Positions 15,201 to 26,494 of a stretch of 64,000 nucleotides of DNA are shown piece after piece. The notes below the pieces were generated by a model that was not told the DNA's origin, did no database searches, and was given only the letters and a program-made list of their open reading frames with translations. How positions within the stretch are numbered: position 1 is the stretch's first letter; every line of letters begins with the position of its first letter. The position numbers and the translations under genes are program-made. The stretch covers positions 12,154,001 to 12,218,000 of the forward strand of contig CM097885.1 of assembly GCA_044892525.1 (NCBI GenBank), given 5' to 3'. This stretch comes from Schmidtea polychroa. Lineage: Eukaryota.

Positions 15201-17839
15201 AGACATATAGAAGTGAAGTGAAATGGGCTACGTGAAATAGGAATATGTGAAATAGGAATACTGTTTTATATAATGTAACTTAATTAAATTAACAAATCCT
15301 CATAAAACATACATTTTTCTATTACAATTTATATGATTAAAATAAATAAGTAATTCTCTAATATTTTTCATGTACATTAATATGTAATAACCATCCAGTT
15401 TTACTTAATGTAAGTTCAATATAACTCGGTACGCATTAATGATGAGTTATTAAACAAAAATTGCAAATAAAATATGTTGCCAAAAAAGTGATATTTACAA
15501 CCGCAATATTATGTCTATTTAAATCTCTAAGTATAATGTAAACAATTTGATTTTGACACTGTCTAGTGTGTACGTATGTGATACATAACAATGAGAACAC
15601 ATAAAGTAACTTGCATTATATTACAATATATTTCTTTGAAGATTATAAAAATCGATAATCAGTTTAAAATTGGATTTATACAACCGATAATCAGTTTTGC
15701 CAAAATAAAAATGATATTTGCAATACTAGTTTATTGTAGGAAGGAACACTGATTATATTATAATTTAAATTGTTGTGTCACAATTCCATTGTCACTATTT
15801 TTGCTTTTAAGAAATTAAGTGTTAATTTTGTTGTTTGACTGGAGATGAAGGTCATGTCCTTGAAATACATTTTAAAATACAATTTTAAATAAAGGTTAAA
15901 TAAATATTAATTTAGATAATTTAATATTAATTTGATTTTGATAAGTTTGATTAGTTTATTGTTGCAATTAATAGTTGTGTTAAATTTCATAAAAACACAC
16001 AGTAAAAACATGTTTTTTTCGGAATGATCCTTCTGAAGTAGGATAAACAATTCTTGTTTGAAATGAGAAAGTACATTTTAGTTTCCTATAATAATATATT
16101 TTATTTTTATAATAATTTAAGAGAATGAACTCAATTATTCTAAATTGACACTTCTTGTCTAAAAAATCAATGAAATGTAAATTTAACGAAACTTTGAACT
16201 TCCGATTTAAAAGAAATCTGATTTTGCTAATGAAGAAAAACGTTCCACCGTGATAGGAAAATAAAATATACTTTCTCATTTCGAGCAAAACGTAGTCAAC
16301 TTCAAAATGATCATTGATAATAATAATACGTGTTTTTAAGCCATTAAACTTAATTATTATTCCGACTAGGACCTCTTTTAAATGTACTGATTTTATTATT
16401 TTTTCTTTGAAAACGGAATGGATCTGATAAATTTGGATGTATTTTTTGAAAATAGAGGATTCCTTATATAATTATTTATAATCCCCTTTCGGAAATTGGA
16501 ATTTTTTATTTAAACATTGATGGATATATTGTCAATTGAAAAGAAATCAGAGGTGAAAATTGAAAGAAGTTCTTATAATACTTAATAAAAACTTAATAAT
16601 ATTGTCAAAATAAGCTATTGAACGTTTTACGTAAATACTCATGATTTATTTAGTCAGCCAATTTTCATTGAATTATATCTTTTTGTGAGAGTAGATTGAA
16701 TGAAAATTTGTTAAAATGCGTACATAAAAATGAAAGGAAAAAACAATTAAAATTTCCCCAATTTTACTATCAAACAAGATAACAATCAAAATATAAAAAG
16801 AAACCGAAATGCAGACAGGAAAATCTTTCTGTTACAAGAACATAATCAAGCGGTCATTCATAATTGAGGATAAATACAACAGTAGCAAAACTTTCATTAT
16901 GTAACAAATGCATTAATTTTCGATAATACAAAGACAGTCTTTATTTTAATTGTTCAACTCATTCTATGTCATTATTTTTTAGGTTTGTAAATAAAAATAT
17001 TATATAATAATCTCGTCTATTTTTAATTTAATATTTTCAACATACACAAGTAAATCAATTAATAAATATTTTGCAGCAAAGGCTTATCTCGTTATTTATT
17101 TGTTTGACATTTGATTTATGCTTCTACCAAGAAATCATCATTTTCTATATATATAATATAATAATAAAAATTAAGACAATGTAAAATAGTTTTTGTTATA
17201 TATAAGAACTGTACAATTTCACTGGTTAATTGGATAAAATTAATACAAATAATATACATAAAAACACTAATCTATTTATATAATAGTGTGGTGACCTGTC
17301 AAATAGTGCTTTAAAAATTACAAGACAAAATAATTATTAAAATTATTAAATAAAAAAGAGGTAATTATTAATTATATCATTATTATTAAACAATATTATT
17401 AATTGTTAACAAATGAGCTATTATGAAATTTAAAGATAACTTTACAAAAAAACAAAAATTGTTTTTGTTTGTCTAATATTAAATAAATCATTAATTCATT
17501 TGTTTTGTTTGTTTTACATTTTGAATATTTTAAGGGTTTTAAGCATTTTGTTTTGAAAAGTATTAAAAATACCATTTCTTTTCTAAGGAAATTTCAAAAT
17601 ATTAAAAATGATGTCATCTAAATGTCATCTAAATATTGTAGGAATTTCTTATCATCCTTGCACTTACACTTCTGAAACAAAGTCTTTTATAAGTTGGAGT
17701 AACCTTTTTGAGGTTATAAAGTTTTTGAAGGAAAAACACATCTCAAGATTTTAAATGTAGTGGAGTATTTTTGAAAACAATGATCTACAGCAAATTTGGT
17801 GTCTAAGTTAATTCAGCTGACTTAGGACAATTTTCATCG

Positions 17840-18250
17840 AACATTCAACAACACTCAAAGAGAAGTATGAGGTGGTAAAGTACATTCTGGAGAAAATTCG
17901 TTAAGATCACCATGAGTGGCTGATTTGTGTTGATTTGAAAATGGTTATTTTTTGTTGGGTTTACAAATTTCCCATGTTTTCTCTGTTTGTGGGACAGTAG
18001 AGATCGACCACAACATTACATAAAGAAGGAGTGACCTCTACGGGAAGAGATACTGCCCTGCCGTGCAAGAAACATCATCAAGGAGCTGATGGTGAACAAA
18101 GACAGAATCTTATGCTCACCGCTGCATATTAAGCTCGGCTTGATCAAACAATTCAGCAAAGCTATGTACAAGGATGGGGACTGCTTTGCATACATGTGCA
18201 AAGCTTTTACATGTTTAACTATTGAAAAGTTGAAAGCTGGGATTTTTTGG
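17840..18250 (+). pseudogene. Decayed DNA transposase, probably CMC/Chapaev3-like
   Basis: Broken frames give WLICVDLKMV, FPCFLCLWDSR, PLHIKLGLIKQF, EKLKAGIF. The family assignment is from memory of these motifs. Confidence 0.65.
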
Positions 18251-18569
18251 GTCTCGTTTAGAAAAATAATTAGCTTGTAAATTTAAATTAAAAGAAAATA
18301 TAACTACAAAATTAAATTTTTTATATATTTAAGTATTTAGCATTTAAATAAGAAACTACACTTTCGAAACTTCCAAGTTGAAACTCGACATTTAAAATTT
18401 TAAAGTGTTTCCTAAGGAGTTTATAACATCTTGGGAACGTATTGTTTGTAAAGCTTTGATGATAATATCTTTTATCCACATCTATTTTGAGCCTTTAATT
18501 AATTTTATTAAATTAATAAATTTTATTGAATTTAGTGATTATTTATAGTTATGTAATTATTAACCCTTA

Positions 18570-19928
18570 TTTAACGATTTTAAAGTTTAATTTAACGGCT
18601 TTAAAGTTTAATTTAACGGCTTTAAAGTTTAATTTAACGGCTTTAAAGTTTAATTTAACGGGGTTAAAATTTAATTTAACGGTTTTAAACTTTAATTTAA
18701 CGGATCAATTAATATTCAATTTATTTTATACCTATGTCTACAAAAAAACAATTAAACAACGAAACAAGGAGTACAATAATAAAAAAGTACAACGCAGGTA
18801 AGGGAGCAAAACAAATTAGTAACGACCTTGAACTGAATGAGAATACAGTTTCTTCGGTTATACGTTTGTATAAAAAAGATGGTAGAATTGAGGCAAAGAA
18901 CAGAAGAGCACCAAGAACAAAGAAAATTACTGAAACTGCTCAAGATCTAATAAGAAGCACAATACATGAGGATGTTAGTACCTCATTGATAAAAATGAAA
19001 GCATTACTTAAAGAAAAATGTTCAGTCAATGCTTCTATTGTAACAATTTCAAAGGCGATTCAAGAGATGAGTTATTCTATAAAAAGGGTAACTCTTGTAC
19101 CAATAGCAAGAAACACTTTAAAGAATATCGATGATCGTGAAGCCTATTGCAATGAATATATATTGCAAGATGAATCAAGTTTAATTTTTATTGATGAATT
19201 CGGTGTATCAATATCTACTAGAGTGGGTTATGGTAGAAGTCTGATTGGCACGCCTGCTTGCAAAAATATCAGATCGATTAGAAGTAAAAATATTTCAGTA
19301 TGTGCAGCAATAATGAAAAGTGGTGTCCTTAAATTTACAATAAGAGATACTGCATATAATTCAATATCGTTTCTTGAATTTATGAGAGCAGTAATTAGCA
19401 CTTTAAATGAATCTGGTATTACAAGTGGTAGGATAGTGATGGATAATGCTTCAATTCACAAGAGTGAAAATTTAAGAAATTTTTTAGGTACAAGCGGTTT
19501 CGAACTATTTTTTCTTCCTCCTTACAGCCCCCAGTTAAATCCTATCGAGGAAGTGTTCAGTAAATGGAAGCATATAATAAAATCCTGCAACTCGAAAACT
19601 ATAACAGAACTATATAGTAATATTGAAATTTCAGCAGCCCGTATTACAGAAGAGGATTGTCAAGGTTTTTTTAGACACACGCGTGTTTTTGCTTTGAAAG
19701 GTATACGAAGAGAAGATTTTTAATAAAGTGAATCTTAAACGTATTTTTTTCTTTATTCTTATCTTAATATATTATTTATGCCTTATTTAAGCCTTAAATA
19801 TTTTTGTTCGTCCATCCGTTAAATTAAACTTTAAAACCGTTAAATTAAACTTTAAAACCGTTAAATTAAACTTTAAAACCGTTAAATTAATTTTTAACCC
19901 CGTTAAATTAAACTTTAAAACCGTTAAA
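18570..19928 (+). mobile_element. Intact IS630/Tc1-mariner superfamily DNA transposon with tandem-repeat TIRs
   Basis: TA on both flanks (18568-69, 19929-30); inverted arrays of the 21-mer TTTAACGGNTTTAAAGTTTAA (about 18570-18705 and 19814-19928) around one transposase ORF. Confidence 0.9.
18734..19723 (+). CDS. IS630-like DD34E transposase
   Basis: 329 aa; N-terminal HTH-like region, FIDEFG, IVMDNASIH, LPPYSPQLNPIEEVF; 34 residues between the second D and the E. Confidence 0.92.
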   Translation: MSTKKQLNNETRSTIIKKYNAGKGAKQISNDLELNENTVSSVIRLYKKDGRIEAKNRRAPRTKKITETAQDLIRSTIHEDVSTSLIKMKALLKEKCSVNASIVTISKAIQEMSYSIKRVTLVPIARNTLKNIDDREAYCNEYILQDESSLIFIDEFGVSISTRVGYGRSLIGTPACKNIRSIRSKNISVCAAIMKSGVLKFTIRDTAYNSISFLEFMRAVISTLNESGITSGRIVMDNASIHKSENLRNFLGTSGFELFFLPPYSPQLNPIEEVFSKWKHIIKSCNSKTITELYSNIEISAARITEEDCQGFFRHTRVFALKGIRREDF

Positions 19929-19997
19929 TAATATTATAATGTATTGAATTCAATGCATATAGTTATGTAATTACTAAGAGTATAACATATAAGTATA

Positions 19998-20516
19998 CCG
20001 TATATACTCGGATATAAGTCGAGAAATTTACGTCAAATCTACAAGTCAAAATAGCCACTTCGACTTATACGACGTTAAAAAATGTACAAATTAATTTTTA
20101 GCGAAATTATTAAATTGGTTATTATTTGTAGTGTTAATTTTTTAATTATATAATAACTTCTTTCATTAAATAATCAATTAAATTAAAATTCTTAATAAAA
20201 TTGTAATTTATCAAAAAATATTTTCAAGTATCATTAACGAACAATAAATAAACTTGACCACCTATTATTTTCAATCAGATTGTTTATATCTGAAAGATAA
20301 AGAGACTTAATCTGAGGATAATGATTACCCAATGTACCATTGTTGGAGATGTTTCAAATGAGTTCTACAATGAACTTTTCGAAGATTTCAATATTTTTTG
20401 GAATAAATATCTTAATTTTTTTTACTTTCCTTACTTCGACTTATAAGCGGGTTTCCAATTTATGATAAAAAAATGACTCAAAACTGTCACTTCGACTTAT
20501 ACGCGAGTATATACGG
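19998..20516. mobile_element. pogo/mariner-type MITE
   Basis: About 25-bp TIRs CCGTATATACTCGGATATAAGTCGA / TCGACTTATACGCGAGTATATACGG, TA on both flanks, internal TTCGACTTATA repeats; no ORF. Confidence 0.85.
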
Positions 20517-21090
20517 TAATCATTTTTATTGAAGTAGTTTAGTGCTTGATGATGACAGCCGAGTTGTCGAAATATATTGTAAAAATATTTATTTTAAATA
20601 TGGTGTTCTTTTATGCATATGAAAAATAACTACTGTAATTAATTAGTTTATATAATATGTCTTAACACATTTATCATATATAAATATACAAATATTTTGG
20701 CTGTTTTATTGCATTTAATTTTCAAAAAAAATCTTTCAATTTCTCTTTAATTTTGGAATTCTTTTAAATGAATATTATGATAGAAATAACATAATAAAAA
20801 ATGTAAAATATAATTGTAAATATGTAATGTTAGATTTTCTATTAATAAAAATACTATTAAAACAGCAGAGCAATCAATTTGCAACCAAAATGATTTGAAA
20901 TTGTTTGGGAAATTGAGAAATTTGATTTATCCCCCCCCCCCCAATTGAGTTTAATCAGCTCATTAAAACAAACGGTAATATTGTTATTAGTAATTTAAAA
21001 TAAAAAATAAAATTTTTAATAAATTTAAATTAATTTCTTTTTGGAAATTGTTAATATTTATTATTAAATCTACTAATATATCCATCTGAC

Positions 21091-21225
21091 TTTCTTGATA
21101 AATCATCTCTTCTTCTGTTGGCGTTTTAAAGGCGGAAACATCTCGAAATGTTAACAGAAATAGAATTACACATTTCTTATCATTATATATTGGTGACAAT
21201 CGAACCAGAAGTGAGAGCTGAATTC
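21091..21225 (-). CDS. eag: eag K+ channel coding exon 3 (PAC motif)
   Basis: IQLSLLVRLSPIYNDKKCVILFLLTFRDVSAFKTP resembles the eag PAC motif; cttag acceptor; gtcaga donor chosen because it gives the required phase 1; 135 nt. Confidence 0.85.
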
Positions 21226-21229
21226 CTAA

Positions 21230-21402
<173 letters not shown>

Positions 21403-21890
21403 AAATATAGGATTATGAGAAATGTATAAAAAAATCAGTTAATAACTGAGAAAGGTGTTTGTAAAATAATTTTACCAATATATTGAAGGAATTTTGTATA
21501 AACAGATAAAATATATTTGTGTAAATTACCTTTATTATCATAAAATAAACAGATTATAAAGTAGGGGTTCCTAACATTTTTGAAGTTAAGAAGCGATATT
21601 TTTAATTTATATTTCACAGCTTTTCATAAGCTTGTAAGGTACTTTGAGTCAGAATTGCTAAATATCTTATATTAAAGGGAATTATAAAAAGTCTTTTAAT
21701 ATGTTATTCTGTGAAATTAGTAAGAAAGGTTTTGTATTTACCAATTTTATCAACTATTTGATCCATGATTAATGTAGATTATGTATTTTTTTTATTTCTT
21801 TATTTTAATGAAAATATATCTTTTTAAACATTAAAGCCAAAAATAAATTAAATATTTATTAAATTAAAAAATTATTGAATTTAGACTTAC

Positions 21891-22121
21891 TATTTTTCTT
21901 ATAAAGAATCAATTCGACTTGTTCTGTTTCTCCTTTTTCCATAGCTTTCTCGAGTAAGGCGATAAATTCTTTATTTGTATTTTCTCCTTGCATGAATGTA
22001 CACAGTCCTCCTTTTTGCATTATTTCCATTCGATTATATCCGGTTAATTTATTGAAACCTTCATTACAATAAACAACTGGATAATCTAGAATCTTTGCAC
22101 TTGCCAACAGAAAACTGCAAT
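21891..22121 (-). CDS. eag: eag K+ channel coding exon 2 (PAS domain)
   Basis: CSFLLASAKILDYPVVYCNEGFNKLTGYNRMEIMQK...ELILYKKN; ttttcag acceptor and gtaagt donor; 231 nt, phase 1 to 1. Confidence 0.93.
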
Positions 22122-22636
22122 CTGAAAATATTAAAATTAATTTTAATAAAATTATTATTCTAGTCATTTATAAAAAAATAAATGTTCACACTTGAAAGGA
22201 TAAATAAATAAGTGGTAAATAACATAGTCATGCATGTATATATTTATTATATCTAATTTTATTTCTTATCGCCCAAACGACTTTATCCGTATCTAAGTAT
22301 TTCAATGTATAATGTATAAAAGTAAACACAAATCTTAAGTGCAGTTCTTCAGTTTAGAAAGATTTCGGTAACCTAACAAATATAAAGTTTTATTTTGAAC
22401 AAACTAAATACACTAATACCAAAAAATACACCAATACCAACAAATACATCAATACCAGCAGATACATCAATACCAATAAGTACATAAATAAATATAGCAA
22501 TACCAACAAATACAATTGGTTTCGATAGAAATTTAATTTACAAATAATAATAATTTGTTTACAGATAGTAAACATTTTTTATACTTCTTTTGTAAACCGT
22601 AACTGCGAATTTGACTATGTTTTACTCTGATTTTAA

Positions 22637-22862
22637 CCCCTTAATGCACATGCCCGAGCGTAACTCGGGTAAGTGTTACTGGCAAATTTGTGCATGCCCG
22701 AGAGAGACTCGGGTATACGAAATATAAGGTTTTGTTTAAGATTCACTAACGATTATATCTCGGGCAGTGTAATAAATTTATTGACATAGGTCTATATGAA
22801 TTATGAATAATAAAAAATGATTTATTTTTGCCGTTGTATCAAAAAACACGTGCGTTAAGGGG
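22637..22862. mobile_element. piggyBac-type MITE
   Basis: TTAA/ATAA flanks; TIR CCCCTTAATGCAC / GTGCGTTAAGGGG; internal CCCGAG...CTCGGG palindromes. Confidence 0.72.
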
Positions 22863-23882
22863 ATAAAGAGGATATATCAATTTTTATTTTTGAAAGCTAT
22901 TTTTTCTATATTCCTTTATTTTCAATATAATATCACTAAACCAAATAACAATAATATTTATTATAATATTCCGTTTAGAAAATGAAATGATTAATATTGC
23001 AAATAAATATTTTAATTTATTAATTAATTAATAATTTTACAATCACCCCTTATTAATTTCAGATTATTATATTGCTTTCTTTTATTTTTTTGGAAATTTG
23101 AAAGTTTTTTTAGAAATATTTGAATATAAAAAAGTCATTTAAAAGTTGAAATGTGAATTTCAAATTTGATATTTTTTAATTAAAGTAGAAATCTAAATTA
23201 AATTCATAATAGAGTAATCAAGTGAGAAAGAAAATATATAAAAATAATTATTATAAAAATTCTGTGTACACAGCATTAAAACAAAATGAAATAAATTGTT
23301 TTTCAGAAATATAAATAAAAAAGTTAATTAACAAATTATCCGTGTTGAATTACAAAATTCATAAATTAAATAAAATATTAATGAAATTTATTAATAATAA
23401 ATTTGAAAGAATCGAGAATTCATTTTGATCATTATAAAATAATGATAAAACGGTTAATTTATTCATCATGTTCATTATCCTCCCTTAATTCCCTGAATCA
23501 GGATGAAACAAATTATGGAATTAATTAAAATATTTATTGATAATCGATTTTTAGAGTTAATTAATCAATTATCTGTGAAAAATTAAAACAGAATTATTGA
23601 TATTTTTAGAGAAGCTAGAAACAATTTTATTCTTTACTAATAATTTGTCCAAAGGTCCATTTCGTGGGCATTCTGAGGCACCCTTAAAAGGGTTTTTGAT
23701 ATTGATATCTTCCAATTTAACATTTACAATTGAATGGTGAAATATTGTGCCTAATTTATACTTTTTAATAAACATATTTTGTCACAAATTAACTCTACTA
23801 CTTTTGCAAGCACATTTTAATGGTTAGACATTTCAAATAATTTTATTAAGATTTTAATTATAATAACTAACATAATATTATA

Positions 23883-23963
<81 letters not shown>

Positions 23964-23977
23964 TTTAGTAGTATTAA

Positions 23978-24022
<45 letters not shown>

Positions 24023-24297
24023 AAGTTATATTCATTGATACATTTTATAGTAATGAGAAATAAAAGAAATCAAAATCTTTTACTACTTTCAGTTCATTTA
24101 CATTTGTCATTATTACGTAATTTTCATTTAGCCATATTTCAAATAGATTAGTTTATAATTTTGTACAAAAAATATTGTTCCAATTCCAAATTAATTTGAA
24201 AACTTTTAGTGTAATGAATTTTCTTTAAGAATATCTCTAAAATATGTTCAAAGAAAAAAGAATAATAGCAACAATAATTATTTTGAAAATAAAATAA

Positions 24298-24366
<69 letters not shown>

Positions 24367-24601
24367 TAGAGCAATTTTTTCAATAAAGTCAATTAAATAT
24401 TAAATCACTTAAAGTTTATTGATAATATGTAAAAACATCTTTAACCACATTAAAATTTCTTATTTCAAAATTGTCAAAATTGTCAAATATTTGATGAAAA
24501 AGTGAAAATTTAAAATAATCAAATTATTTTACACCACACAATGAAAAAACAATTTAATTAAACTATTAAAACTGAATTTTTTGAGTTAAAACAATTGCAC
24601 A

Positions 24602-24935
24602 ATGAAAAACTGCCAGACACCGAAAGATATGTGCTTTAGAAAAAACATCGTCTATTGCATCTCGTGCAATGTATGCAAGGAAATCTACATTGGAAGCACA
24701 CTCAGGACCTTGCACCAAAGAGTTAAAGAACATCTAGATCACGGTGGAAAATGCTCGGTAAACAGACAATTCCAACAATGTCAACCAACAAAGGAAAGAA
24801 AAATATTTCAATCGAAATCTTAGCCAATAGAAACATCCAAAAAAAAATGTCAGATTCAAAATAGCAATTCTATTTTTATAAACAGAAAACCAAAAATCAA
24901 CACTAAAGAAGAAATCAATGAAATCATCAATTTGA
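24602..24935 (+). mobile_element. Penelope-like retroelement GIY-YIG endonuclease fragment
   Basis: CFRKNIVYCISCNVCKEIYIGSTLRTLHQRVKEH, frameshifted afterwards. Confidence 0.82.
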
Positions 24936-25658
24936 TCTGTTGTCATTAACCTTCAGAATAATTGACAATATATAAAAAAATATAATAAATTAAAAAAGTT
25001 ATAATTAAAATAATATAGAAATTTTAGGAAATATGCTTTCAAAAGATAGGATTTAAAAATCAAAATTGACACATTTATTAAAAAATTTAAATCGCGTAAA
25101 TAAATAGTTATTGGAGCCTTTATTTTATAAATATTTTAAAATATTTTGATATATTTTATTGTTGTAGGCTTCTAGGGGCCAATTATAAAAACTTTAAAAA
25201 TTTAAAAATTTTAGTTGGTGTCATTTGGAATTTTAAATGATATTTATTTTAATTTTAAATAAAATTTTTAAAAATTCAGAAAAAGAAAGTATATCATTAT
25301 ATTATATTATATTTATAACCAATGAGAAGTAAGAAAAAGAATATTAAAGAAAGATAGAAATGTATGTTCGGGAAGAAGATTGCTAAATTCCAGGAGATTG
25401 ACAAGGACTAGACGAAATATTTTCATTAAATACATAATTCGCAGCAAAAGGCCTATATTATTTGTTTTTAATAATAAATGCTGCTACTAAGATATCATCA
25501 CTTTATACTAATAATGGTAATAGTAATAATATTGACAAGGACTATCGTATAGTCGAAAATTCTTTCATTAAATACATTATTTGCAGCAAAAGGCTTAAAT
25601 TATCATTTTATTTTTTTAAATAATAAATGCTGCTACCAAGCAATCATCATTTTATACA

Positions 25659-25751
<93 letters not shown>

Positions 25752-25835
25752 GTAATGGTGTAAAATATTTTTGTCGGATGTCTCACTTGAATAAAATAAA
25801 CAGTACAAGCTTTGTGATACCCAGTGCAAATCCCA

Positions 25836-25877
25836 ATACTAGACTAGTTTCGAGCTTTTGGCTCTCATCAGTACTAT
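25836..25877 (-). ncRNA. Minimal type I hammerhead ribozyme (canonical core), inverted copy
   Basis: Reverse complement reads ATAGTA-CTGATGA-GAGC(caaaa)GCTC-GAAA-CTAG-TC-TAGTAT, with one stem I mismatch. Confidence 0.8.
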
Positions 25878-26277
25878 GCAGGAGATGCGAAGATTTCTCT
25901 TCGCGCCAGGTAAGTATACAATATTGTTGATTCAACTCTATTGCATACTTTCCCCGCTACACTGGAAATCACATCGCTTGCAAATTAGCTTGGTCACAGA
26001 AAAAATCTGTAAACTTGTAAACATGGCGTATGAAAAATCATAATCACCTCTGCGGACTAAAAAATTAGTCGATACACAGAAACTGTTTACAAGTGCATCC
26101 GATTACCTTTAGCATTTTTAACTTATAAAGTAATGGTGTAAAATATATTTGTCGGATGTCTCACTTGAATAAAATAAACAGTTCAAGCTCCAGTGTACCG
26201 GGGAAAGTATGCAATATAGTTGAATCAACAATATTGTATACTTACCTGGCGCGAAGAGAAATCTTCGCGTCTCCTGC

Positions 26278-26319
26278 ATAGTACTGATGAGAGCCAAAAT
26301 CTCGAAACTAGTCTACTAT
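26278..26319 (+). ncRNA. Minimal type I hammerhead ribozyme (canonical core)
   Basis: ATAGTA-CTGATGA-GAG(ccaaaat)CTC-GAAA-CTAG-TC-TACTAT: 6-bp stem I, stem II, palindromic ACTAGT stem III, GUC cleavage triplet. Confidence 0.85.
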
Positions 26320-26422
26320 TGGGATTTGCACTGGGTATCACAAAGCTTGTACTGTTTATTTTAATAATAATAAGAAGAAGAATTATTATATTTATAATAA
26401 TAATAGTAATAGTAATAATAAT

Positions 26423-26494
<72 letters not shown>

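Larger units (their letters stand above)
25749..26362. mobile_element. Penelope-type pseudo-LTR pair in inverted orientation, embedded in (AAT)n
   Basis: About 175-bp inverted repeat (about 25790-25968 vs 26190-26362) plus an about 60-bp direct repeat (25749, 26128); each arm has a hammerhead motif; third partial copy at about 39884-39993. Confidence 0.75.

Noticed and set aside
18526..18801. 91-aa ORF with LKFNLTA repeats; the 21-bp array as a possible CRISPR
   Set aside because: It is the translation of the transposon's left TIR. The repeats are contiguous with no spacers, and there are no cas genes.
18544..19973. 16-bp direct repeat TATAGTTATGTAATTA on both sides of the IS630-like element, as a possible long TSD
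   Set aside because: It is not adjacent to the TIR ends, and TA flanks explain the insertion. More likely a pre-existing local duplication.
26238..26400. A genuine U1 snRNA gene
   Set aside because: Only the first 13 nt match. No U1 stem-loop I loop or Sm site is recognisable, and the context is a repeat.
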